This document shows, one piece after another, positions 36,985 through 47,776 of a stretch of 64,000 bases of DNA. A program made the translations under genes and the position numbers. The number at the start of each line of letters is the position of its first letter. Positions within the stretch are counted from its first letter, which is position 1. The DNA is from Lophium mytilinum (taxonomy: Eukaryota), in assembly GCA_010093605.1 (NCBI GenBank), contig MU004192.1, positions 2,563 to 66,562 of the forward strand, in the 5' to 3' direction. The notes under the pieces were generated by a model. That model worked only from the letters and a program-made list of their open reading frames with translations, was not told where the DNA came from and did not search any database.

Positions 36985-37435
36985 CACATCGTAGTGATAA
37001 TATCAAGCACACAATGCATTATTAGCTTGGTGAGTGTTAGATGTGATGGGGATGGATTGCTGTCCTGAGGTGAGGTTGAGCGGGCCGGGAGATCCCCCGC
37101 CCGAAATTCGGCCCACCTTTTCGTTCCGTTCTTCTTCCATCAGCCTTCGTCCATCATCATCTTCGCCATAATTCTCTTAAACTCTCGTGTCTTTCTACCT
37201 AGGGAAGCACGAGGAATAAAAAGGACAATTGACGTCGGTCCAAAGCTGTGTGCGGCTGTCAGGACTGTGCATGTTTCACCTCCAGTAGAACTGTCAGCTC
37301 TATGAGCCCCAAGCTACCTGGGCAACATTGCAGGTGCAAGCTTCAGCTCACATCTTAAGGCTTCCAAGACACTCCAGCTCTTAACCCCTTTTCCATTCTC
37401 AACTCCAATTCCTTTACGCTTTGAACCTCATCACA

Positions 37436-37994
37436 ATGTACAAACATACCCTAATTCGTGAGCGGAAGATGAGAGTCTTGCGACTCCTGCCCAGTCCGAT
37501 AAAAACAATTTCATATATCTGGGATGGACAAATGCCCGGCCGAGAAATCGATTGCCAAGGCGAGAAGTTGATGATCACTGAGAACGCGGAGACTGTGCTC
37601 CGCCGCTTTCGTCGGGATGGTCAAGACAGGCTGCTCTGGATAGACTCCGTCTGCATCGATCAACAATCCGTCCAAGACCGCAACTACCAGAGCCATCGGA
37701 GAAATGATGATGATTGAACTGGGGGAAGAAACCCTTTCGAACACACTCAGCATGTTGCTTTCAATGTATTACTACGTCATTTTCCGCAGCAAGAAGGGGT
37801 CTTACGGGTTTGCGCAGGCCAACGCACAAGCTGGCGATGCCATCGCACTAGCTCCTAGGGTTGACACTCCTATTGTTCTTCGCCCTCATGGAGAGCGCTA
37901 CAAGTATATCGGGAAAGTCTTTCTCCCTAGGATCATGGAGGGAGAGGCTTGGCCCAAGGACGAGTCTGCTCTGCACGACATCACGATAGAATGA
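37436..37994 (+). pseudogene. HET-6-like heterokaryon-incompatibility gene remnant, internally deleted
   Basis: MRVLRLLP, ISYIW and LLWIDSVCIDQ (start of HET domain) joined out of frame to a HET-6-type C-terminus (GDAIAL..PIVLRP..YKYIG..IMEGEAW). Confidence 0.8.
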
Positions 37995-38209
37995 ATGCGA
38001 GAACTGCTTGGATTCCTACACCCTTTTGATTCGCCTAGAGGAGGAAGTTCTCCTTGCATATTTCCTCGTTAATCTAGAGACTACCTTGGCTCTGCATCAT
38101 GGACAATGTCGTGTCGCACTCTCACATCTCTCAGTGGTCCTGGCCATTATATATATCATCGCTCGGCCGCCCACATCTCTTACGCTCATCCAGCCAATTT
38201 AAGACGATC

Positions 38210-38856
38210 TCAATTATCCGCCGACGGAGCACCCATATCCACAACCATGAACGCCCTACCGTTGCTCAGCGCCTCCAGCTGGAATCCCGCCTCGGCAGCC
38301 GTGTTGGCATCGAATACGCACTCATAGATATTGGATCTCATGCTGTTGGCACGACACATATGCAAGACTGCGCGCACATGCTCCGTATGAGTGTCTATGT
38401 CTTTGTCAAACACGAGGATGGCGTTCTGGTGACCCAGGCAGAATGACTGCTTGATGGCAGCAGTGCGACCCATCGCCGCGGCGACTTGCTGAGGTGTATG
38501 GGCGAGGTCAAGGCGGGTGAAGATGGTTGCCGTACGCGCGTTCTCGAACGCGGATGGGTCCGCGGGATACCAGACGGAGACGTTGGTAGGGATCGCGCCG
38601 GCTGGAGTTGGGTCGTTGCCTCGAAGGGTGCTGGAGTTGGTCCTGATAACTAAAGTGAGCAACGGTTTCTAAAGTTAGGCTCAAAGTCGGACTCACTCTT
38701 CGGCTACCCTGACGCTCTGGTCTTGGGTGGCTGCCGCGACATCAGCATTGGCGCCAACTTTCTTCTTGCCCTTCCGACCTCCGCGCTGGTGCATTCGATT
38801 AGTTTACTTTCTTTCTATCTATTGAGTCCTTGTATATATCTGCTTACTTTCGGCAT
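38210..38856 (-). CDS. 176-aa protein with basic N-terminus and degenerate reverse-transcriptase-palm-like domain; introns 38786-38847 and 38643-38696
   Basis: Canonical GTAAGC..CAG and GTGAGT..CAG introns give an open frame: MPKRGGRKGKKK...ATIFTRLDL...ILVFDKDIDTHTEHVRAVL...ECVF. Confidence 0.75.
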
Positions 38857-39480
38857 GGTGCAGGGGTTTTTCACTATGGGTATCTGAGTCACGGTCAGGA
38901 TGGACGGGGATGTAATGGACAAGAAAGGCACCTTCTCCCAAGCTGTGATTAGGGTCGCCGTCTGTCATTACGCGCTTACAAGGATAAAGAGCTCAGCCCT
39001 GATTCATTCACCTCCGTGGAAATCCGCCTCTGCTATAAAGGCACAGTACTCTAAGGAGCGGTTGATGAATCACATCATGGTAAAGCTACGACCATCAACC
39101 GCATCACAATGAGTAAGTTCTCATTGTATTCAGTATTACATTTACCGGTGAGTATATTCGTCTCCATGCTAAACCGCAAAGCTTCAAGCTAAGCCTAGAT
39201 TAAAAAGCTGCTTCTATAGAGGGTGACAGTCGTCAGCTCCTATCGCCACAGCTCCATTCCTACAATCAGCCTCCCAACAGATCAATACCCTCCCGGGAAG
39301 CCAGGAAGACCACTGGCAACGTCCACCCAGCTTCCGAATCCTTCATGCCCCTACGCCCCCATTTCCACCATTATAGCCTCCATATGAGCCCCATGTGCCG
39401 AGCCCGTACACACCCTTGCCTTGCTACTCATTCATATGCGCCTGCTCCGCCTGCGCATCCAAAAGAAATCCAGTCCGAGC

Positions 39481-39953
39481 CTAAGTCCTGGCGAAGGGCT
39501 GCTTTGCTGGGTCGATGGTAGACATCGAACGCTAGAAGCACGCATTAGCACACCGTACATATAGCTTTGCTATAGAACAGAACTAGGGGTTTTTCTTACC
39601 TCGTGCTCAAGTTCGGCCAAAAGCTTCAAATTAGTCCTCCACTCCTCCTCAAGCTCCTTGGCCATCTCGCCATTGGCATCCTTCTCCAAAGCAATGACCT
39701 TCTTGGACAACTCGAGATTCACCTTCTGCTTTCCTTCGATGGCTTCCTCGAGCTTAGCGATTTTCTCGGTGAGCTTGTCGATGAGGGCTTGCTGCTTGCG
39801 ATTCTGGAGAGCCGTGCGGGAGAGGTGCATCTCGCCACATCGAGCAGACATGGGTCCGGGATGGGTGACCTGGCAGTAAAAGCAGTAGAGATGCAGCTTG
39901 CGGACATCGAGAACGGTGCTGGAGGTTGGTGGGAAAGCCATTTTGGAGAACAT
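39481..39953 (-). CDS. Small coiled-coil protein with CxxC..H..C motif; intron 39532-39599; possibly truncated
   Basis: CFYCQVTH..C followed by heptad-rich sequence. GTAAGA..TAG intron. Confidence 0.55.
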
Positions 39954-40411
39954 GGTGGTGTAGAGGGTTTCGAGTAGCTTGGGTGAAGGAGTCGCCTGGG
40001 AGGAAGGTGGTATATTGATGGATGGGGCGGGTGAAACTTAGGTCGGACAATTTGCTGGCGCCGCTGACCAGAGACAGCAATACGCGGGAGCGCGGCAATG
40101 GCCTAAGGACGTAAATTCATAAAGGAAGACTTCCTCCAGGTAGGTCCTGAAGCTTCGAGACTCCTACCCCCGCAGGACTGCTTTTGGAGCATTCCCCAGT
40201 TTATTCGAGAACTGTAAGTAAGAGTTTCGGATAGGCCTGCAAGTCTCCGGCGACAATTCATGCTTTCCATGCACTCCGTGCACCACATTTCATCTTTCAA
40301 CTTCCAGGACCACTTCGATCCTCATTTCCACCTTTTACAAATATAGCCTCTCCGTTTCAAATGCCATTGCAGCAGGAATGTCGTGTCGAAGAAAGATGAG
40401 TGTCTATTGTT

Positions 40412-41563
40412 TCATGGTTTACGGTCTGCGTTCTCCTTCTCGATTTTGTCCAGAGTCTCAATAGTATGGTCCCAAACCTGCTTGCTTGTTTGCTCGGTGC
40501 GCACTTTCTCGTAGCTCTTTCCCTTGCTCCACGCGTCTCCTCTCTGTCCAAGCGCGTATGATCCGCCTCCAAGCTCCCCCTTTGTGCTTTTCGCTACCTC
40601 AATCCCGCCCACAAGCCTCTCACCGCTTCCAAGCTGACCTTTTGCTGGATAGTGCGGTGTAGCAAGATATACCATCACTTCACCACAGACATCCGGCGGC
40701 GTCATGTAGAGAAGCCATGCGAGCGGCTTCACCAAACTCCAAACGAACCTGAACCAGGCCGGCATATCTGGACTGGAAAAGGTTGGGCCGTCAACAAGTC
40801 CGGGATAGATGTGAGACAGGCTGAGTTTGCCTACATGCCTCTCCGCAAGCTCCTCGAAAAAGAAGTTCTTCATAAAAGAGGTGTGCTTGCGGACGCCAGC
40901 TATCCCATACGTGGCGGTGGGTGGGCAACCAATTGGCAGCTCGCCTGGGGAAGTCCCATCCTCCATACCGCCGGCATATATCGAAATGACATGTGCAGGC
41001 AGCGGGGCGGCAAGGAGAACCGGCAAGAGCTGCTGGACGAACCTCATCCGGGAATAGTAAACTGTTGAAAGAAAGGCGTCAAGGCCTTCCGTTGTGGCTG
41101 TAGAGCAGCTGTCAGCCTTGTACGCTTTAAGGAACCGGGAGCTGAAACACGAGATATTGAATCACTTACTACTTCGTTCCTTCAAGATCGGATAGGCGTG
41201 ACTCATGTACAGAAGATCCAGTCTTGGGAGACCGCCGTGGAACGATGCTTCGGTCTCCTGACGGATGATTTCAGCACAGGCGCGGTCGACCTCGCTGATG
41301 AGGGCCAGATCTGTCGCTTGAATGAAGCGCCAGTCAGACTCGGGGCTGATTCCCTGAGCTTCGGCGATGACAGTCTCGGCGCGAGAAGCGTTACGGCCGA
41401 CAATGTAGACACGCAGCTTAGAACCGCTTTCGGCGAATGTAGTAGCTAGGGCCTTTGCAACATACGAGCCTATACCTGTGGTTCCACCTGCTATGGTGAC
41501 GACCAGCGGCGGGCCATTGGGCAGTTCTGCTATCGCAGCGCGGATGATTTTGAGGTTTGGCAT
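40412..41563 (-). CDS. Atypical short-chain dehydrogenase/reductase; intron 41098-41169
   Basis: AGGTTGIG, YIVGRN, TTEGLD..YYSRMRF..LLP, HIYPGLV. Confidence 0.85.
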
Positions 41564-41911
41564 TCCAACGATAGAGGAGAGTATGGAGAGGGCCAGAACT
41601 ACACCAGAAAGTGAGGATTCATCAAATCTTATTATACTTGGGAGCATCTGCAGCCGTGCAAGGGGGAGTCGCGACGCGCAGCACCTAGTGGAGAGAAGTT
41701 GCCCCGCGCCGACGGCGTTAAGCTAATTCCGCAGCTGCGAATCCCGTCTATTATGGATAACATGTTGTCTAATTATCTACATTGGAAAGGAGAACAACAT
41801 TACGGGAGGTTTCGAATATCGGTGCTCAAGATATGCCCAATAACCATCCTTAGGGTAAAGTCCATTTGCGTAAGCTTTAGCGAGCGTCTACAATCCTGCA
41901 CTTCCGATTTG

Positions 41912-43649
41912 TCACTTTCTAACCGTAACCCTGGCTGGGAAGCCATCAACTGGATGAGCTCCACCGCCGCCCATTTCAGCCTGATATGCTCGATTTCCGT
42001 CGATAGTTCTTATGCCCTTCCTAGGATGCAGCTCGTCCCATTCGTCGTACGCAGGTGTGATGTCAAACAGTCTCGCTGTCATGACTAGCGCAACTTTAAG
42101 TTCTTGTTGCGCAAGAGTCTGACCGATACAGCTGCGTGGGCCCCATTCGAATGCCCTCCACGAGCCTTTCGTAGGATACAACGGGTCTTGAGGGCCCACA
42201 AGCCAGCGGTCTGGAATGAATTCCTCTGGCTTCAAGAAGACATCCGGGCTATGGTGCATGATCAGGTTGAGAACCCAGAGATGGCATCCCTCGGTTGGGT
42301 ATTGATGGCCTGCTTCGTCCGCGAGAACAAGATCTGAACGGCCGTCGCGTAAGCTTCCAGCAGGAGGGAAGATCCGCAGCACCTCTTTGATAACTGCCAA
42401 GGTGTATGGTAATTGATTGAGAAGGGTTGCATCGGTAGCGATGATTCGAGTAGTATGCTCGGTAGAGTAGTTGGACCCAAACACGCTATCATGCTCTGCG
42501 CGGACCTTGGATAGCGCCTCAGGATGGCGAGATAGTAGCAAGTAACAGTACAGCAGTGTGCTGCTTGTCGTGTCATGTCCAGCATAGAGGAAAACGCGAA
42601 TCTGCGGCTTTGCAAGTTTTTTGAAAGCCTTCTTTGATAACTCCCCAGCATCCCCAACATCTTCCAAGTACTTGTCCATAGCTAGGGAGATGATGGACCT
42701 AGATTGCGACTGCGAGGGTTTGGAGGACGCTCCGCGAAGTACAGCCAGTTCTTCGAACCGCTTGTCAATCTCTCCGTCGAGATACTGATCCATACGATAG
42801 CTGTTAAACTTTTGAACGATGGGACGAGGGCTTAGATAGCGACGAAAGGGATTGAATGTCGTCCCAAATGGAGTCCAGTAGACCTGTCTACGGAGGCAGT
42901 CTGCGAGAGCACTCCCTTGGGTCTGATAATGGAGCCGAGCATCGCTGTGGTGGAGATTAGTGACCGGTCTGTAGGAAGAGCAGTCGAGCGCAATCTCACA
43001 GTGTGACACGAGCAATGACATCGAATGTGAGTCGCAAGGTATGCTCTTCTAGCTGGAACATTTTTCCCTCCCTCGCCCGCTTCTGGAGCAACTTGCAGAA
43101 CACACCGACTTCCTCCGCCATAGCCGGAGCAAGACCGATCATATAGCCAGCAGCGAATCCAGGGTTGAAGAGACCACGCCATCTCTTCCACGTACTTCCG
43201 TGCATCGTCATCAGCGACGGCCCCCCATTGATGATTTCAAGCGTGTTGCACATGGTGGTAGGCTTGTCAAGAGCCTCGACCTGCGATGCTACAAATGGAC
43301 GAGCAACTATCATGAAGGTCCCGCTGAAAGGCCATAGGTTCAAGTAGAAGATGCCGCTTGGGAAATCTTTTGCCATGTGCCGCACCACCGCATGCATCGT
43401 TGCGTTTTTCGGTAGTGCTTGAATGCATTCTTTCAGGACGACAAGATGTCCGAAAATCGGGTGGAATGGTGGCATGGGCTTGCTACAGTCAGCCAAAACT
43501 TGTCGCAATAAGCATTCAAGGAAAAAGCTTACCACTTGGGCTGCCTGCAGTTTCCGCACGTGTAGCTGGTTGGCTCTGAACCGAAGAATAAAGAGTGCAA
43601 GAGCTGCAATGGCCACAGCCGCGATGGCTGACATGCTCAATGCCATCAT
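41912..43649 (-). CDS. Cytochrome P450 monooxygenase; introns ~43479-43532 and 42945-42999
   Basis: N-terminal anchor, AGHDTT (I-helix), EVLR, PDRW, FEWGPRSCIG heme motif. Confidence 0.95.
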
Positions 43650-44089
43650 GTCCAATTATCCGCCTGGTTCGAATTGGCTTGGAGTCGGCTGGGGCTAATA
43701 TTTATGGGTGCATATACCCAAGAAGCTGCTCAAAGTGTGAAGCTCCCGCCGCTTCTACGTTCATGAGCGCGACATAGACGGAGAATAAGAGGGTTGTTGT
43801 TCATGGGAGGCCTGAGCGGGAGGCCTGATAACGGGTTTCGGAGGGGTTTGAAATCCGGTTGCACGTAGACGTTTCGCTTAACAGCCCAGGACGTGCACCG
43901 TAGAGCTGTCAGGGTTCGTTAAACAAAAGATGGCAGTCCTCGAATCTATCTTAGGTCTATACCTACTTTCGAGTCCATGTATGTACAGCTAGCACCGCTT
44001 GGCTGACCCTGATATATTGCCATGAATCGGAACTAGGCGATTCTGACACGCCTGATAGCTCTTCGGGCTACCTCGAACGGTATCAAAAT

Positions 44090-44230
44090 AGATAGCCACT
44101 CTTGGTTCCACGAGCCCTGGCTGTAGAGTCCCGCCGTCCGAGGGGCTTGAATGGACTTCTTGTCGAGATTCCATAAATCGATACATATCGCATCGATCCA
44201 GTAAGAGGTTTGATCATCGGAGAAGATGTA
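44090..44230 (-). pseudogene. HET-domain fragment
   Basis: YWIDAICID..NLDKKSIQAPRTAGLYSQ matches the HET core WIDAICINQ....EK..QV..M..IYS. Confidence 0.7.
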
Positions 44231-44616
44231 ATCTTCCCCAAGGTCTAGAGGGTCATGTGTCCGTTGCCGCCCGTGAAGATCCTGGAGTAGTATCAAAGTT
44301 TTAGAAGCCACATAGAATCGCTGGCCGTTCGAAGGATCGTCTTAACATCCCTGTTGTGGCCCTAAACGTATTGAATGGCGTGAAATGATGGCGAGGAGTC
44401 TAAAGAGGCGTATTTAGATGGCTTTTTTGGGGGTGGCTAAGCTCTCCTATGACTCTTCCACCTATGCGGATATGAGCTCCTGTCGGCGATCGATAGATCG
44501 AAGAAGGACCGCTGTGACTACGACTGGAGTGAGAGATACCGCTGCGTGGTAATCGTCTTCCCACATTGCGGTAAAATTTGCTTTGCAGGACAATATTCGC
44601 GGCCAAAGCCGCACTC

Positions 44617-46254
44617 CTAACTCACGTGTGGTATCGACATGGACCAAGTCCCCACAAAAGCCTCTGGTGGAAGATGAAACAGCGAACGAAACATCTCCGC
44701 CAGCAGGAACAGCCTACCGAGAACGTAAACCACCGCCGCCACCACCCCGACCGAAATATTCAAAACCTTTTCAACCCTATTCCCATCTATTCCATCCCGG
44801 AGCAGCCACCAGACAAAATAGTAGACTGGCATCACCGCCGCCGTCGCCACACTCGCCACCCGCCAAAGCGTCTGCTCCACCTGTGTCGGAAACTCGAAAT
44901 CCCACGCTATGCAGTGTCCGGCGCCGAACACCATTGCGCCAAACACATACCCCACGTCCTCGCTCGTGAAGTTCCAGCCATCGGTTTTGCCAAGCCAGCG
45001 CTTCGTTTCCATCATGTAGAGGTCGTTGGGCACAGTGGACGCGGGGATGCGCCAGCCGCGGAGGAGAAAGTTGTTCTCGAAGAAGCCGAACATGTTGAGG
45101 GTGGGGAGAACTCCCTTGTCGTAGGCATCAAGGTCGCGGGCGGTGTATATGTATGTGGGAACTCGGACGTCCTGGGGCTTCTCAAGCCAGAGAACGTAGG
45201 TTATTATGGTGCATACGGCGAAGCTCAGAGCGGCGACTTCGAGTTGCGCAGAGGGAAGGCCGCGGGCGAGTCGGGTCGCAAGCTGAATTACGAGCCAGAT
45301 GACCTGGAAGAGGGCGATGCTCTTCACCATGTAGTCTCCCTTGCTTTTGTCTTTGATTTCGGCTTCCGAGATGGAGGGTAACTCGGTGATAAGCTTATTG
45401 GTGAGGAATGTGCACAGATGAGCTGTGTTTATGGCGACTGGGAGGGTAACATCATCGCTATCAAAGCGCTCCCAGGTCATATGGATCGATTTGGCTTCTG
45501 CGAGGTGTGGCGGTAGTGATGCCTTAACCGAAATCCGTGATTCACCACTTTGCTGGACCGAGCACGTCTGACCTGCTGCCTCCGGTGAGTTCGAAGTCCC
45601 TCCAAGGGAGACTGATGAAGCGTGGGTGGACGGAGCTGGCGAAGAATGCGGTGGGTCTTTTTCCCTCAGCACGAAACCTCCCATGTTTGCGTAGTACGCA
45701 TGAGTTCTCGTCCATTTCTTGCTCTTCTTGACCGAGTGCTTTACGGTGGGGTCATCTTCTTGGCCAACCGAACGACGCTTAATAAACCGCGCTACTCTCC
45801 AACCACCTGTATCTTTACTTCTAGTATCATTAACGGCAACGGCATAGGAACTGTCGTGGTCGTTTTCGTCATCATTTTCTCCCATGTGCAACCCCATATC
45901 AGGACAAGATACGGACTCTCGCGCAGCCATGAACTCGCCCAAAGCCCTGCCCAACAGAAGTTCTGGCATGAAAAGCGTCACCAACATCCACTTCAACTTC
46001 CTCCAAAACGATTTGACGAACCCCTTGACTCCAACGTAGTCTTGTGGCGGCACAGAAAGATGCTGAACGGTCCAGGTACAGATAAAGATGGTAAAAATCG
46101 AACTCCAGAAAATGCTGAGTGTGGATCGGATACTTGGTGCAGTAACATAACTGTATTCTTCGAGCGGAAGGGTGCAATTAATGTGGAAGGTAGCAGCTGA
46201 AACAAGATGATTTTGCATCAGTAGTTGGACAAGCATGAATACTAGGACAGCCAT
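44617..46254 (-). CDS. Fungal hypothetical membrane protein
   Basis: Signal-like N-terminus and family-like motifs CTWTVQHL, WTRTHAYYANMGGF, IKDKSKGD, WLEKPQDV, HCIAWDFEFPT. Confidence 0.8.
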   Translation of the reverse strand: MAVLVFMLVQLLMQNHLVSAATFHINCTLPLEEYSYVTAPSIRSTLSIFWSSIFTIFICTWTVQHLSVPPQDYVGVKGFVKSFWRKLKWMLVTLFMPELLLGRALGEFMAARESVSCPDMGLHMGENDDENDHDSSYAVAVNDTRSKDTGGWRVARFIKRRSVGQEDDPTVKHSVKKSKKWTRTHAYYANMGGFVLREKDPPHSSPAPSTHASSVSLGGTSNSPEAAGQTCSVQQSGESRISVKASLPPHLAEAKSIHMTWERFDSDDVTLPVAINTAHLCTFLTNKLITELPSISEAEIKDKSKGDYMVKSIALFQVIWLVIQLATRLARGLPSAQLEVAALSFAVCTIITYVLWLEKPQDVRVPTYIYTARDLDAYDKGVLPTLNMFGFFENNFLLRGWRIPASTVPNDLYMMETKRWLGKTDGWNFTSEDVGYVFGAMVFGAGHCIAWDFEFPTQVEQTLWRVASVATAAVMPVYYFVWWLLRDGIDGNRVEKVLNISVGVVAAVVYVLGRLFLLAEMFRSLFHLPPEAFVGTWSMSIPHVS

Positions 46255-46664
46255 TGCAAACAATTTGAGTATGGAAAAAGAACATCCGGGAAAGGCTTTA
46301 GTAAGTGGAGGAAAGGTTGAAATTTGTGCCAGAGAGAAGAGGATCGAATGAAATAATAGACCCGAGGACGTTCAGCCGCACGCAAGAATGCTGGTGGCTG
46401 CCTCACTAGGCACCGACTACAGCCAGCCCCCAAATCCTGCAGCCCAAGCAGGGATCAAATGTAGCCATGCTGCCACGTTGACCCATGTCTCAACACCGTG
46501 CCCAGGGAATCTGCCGATCGTTCGAGGACTCGACATGCAATTATCTGATGAACGAGTTGACACGGAACAGTCTGAGGCCATGCTAAAGAGTAGAAAAGGA
46601 AAATCGCTCAAATAGATACACAATGGAGTCCGCTTTCCCGACAACGAAATCTGTTCAGAACAAC

Positions 46665-47776
46665 TCAGACGACGTAGACAATCTCACTTCCGTCTTGGAG
46701 CGTTTCGATCACCAAATTCTCCCTTAGTGTCTCATACATTGTCACTTTCCGTGTCGTGAAAGACCAATAAGCCTGATTACCAGTTACTATACGTCTAGCG
46801 TTAGCAAAAGGCTCTGTGGCGTTGAGCTGCTTATTGGCCCTGAAAGCCGCCGTGACAACTGCCCCTCCATTCTCTTTGTACTCCTTCGCAATCCAATGCA
46901 TTCTCTCATTAGTCTCCATCGCACGGGTGGTCTGCTGTTGCCAGAGCAACCAAGTCTCATGATCTGGGAGCCATTCCCGCTCGGCTGCTGTCACTGGCTC
47001 GAGGACTATATTTCGAGTCGGCGTACCCCCGAGGTCAGCAAGATGCAGGGACGAAAGGTATTCTTGACGTTCTTGCTTGGCCCTGATCTTGTACACCCAA
47101 TACCACTTTCCCCACTGGATGGTATTCTGAAATTGTTCTGCCTGACCGATGTCTATAGCACTTGTTAGTCGGGCATTTGTGTGAGAGATGAGATCGCCTT
47201 ACCCGCGGAGTAGTGGCACAACCCACGCAAAGCCTGGAGATCAAAGTAGCGGACATGGCCGGTCAAACGGCGTACCATCCACTGTAGTGTGAGATCTGGG
47301 ATCTGATTTGAAAACCGGTTCTCGCCGCCTCCCACGTCGCTGTGAAATCCCGGAAACCATACTTGTTCCAGGTGCTGAGTTGAAAGAGGGTTGGTATAGA
47401 GAATTGGCGCAAAGTCGCCTCTCATCTCATTGAGTGACAGGGCGTGGAAGACGTTTTCGATATTTCCGCACATCTCGTTACGTGCGAAGGAGTGCGAGTG
47501 GAATTTGTTTCCTGGCACGAGTCTCCTAGTAGCGCCGGTGCCGGTAGCTGCGACAGCATCCCAGATTGCCACAGCCTTGATTCTTGGGCTCACGGTTGCT
47601 TGCCGTCTTGCAGCCAGCTCAACGGGGTTCTGCCCTCGATTCGCAAACAGTCCATGGTCTTCTTCCCGTAGGTCGCGCCATCCAATGTATACATCGACTA
47701 AGGAATCTTTATTTTCATCGGCGGAAAGCGTAATACCGCAGTCGTTGATGAAGTTGGCGAGGTAGCGGATGGTCAC
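46665..47776 (-). pseudogene. 5'-truncated DUF2235 (Tle1-like alpha/beta hydrolase) gene; intron 47153-47202
   Basis: IKAVAIWDAV, HALSLNEMR..F.P, QVWFPGFHSDVGGG present. The N-terminal DGT and GFSRG nucleophile region and an ATG are absent. Confidence 0.75.

Noticed and set aside
44578..45381. 267-aa plus-strand ORF
   Set aside because: Antisense to the membrane-protein gene.
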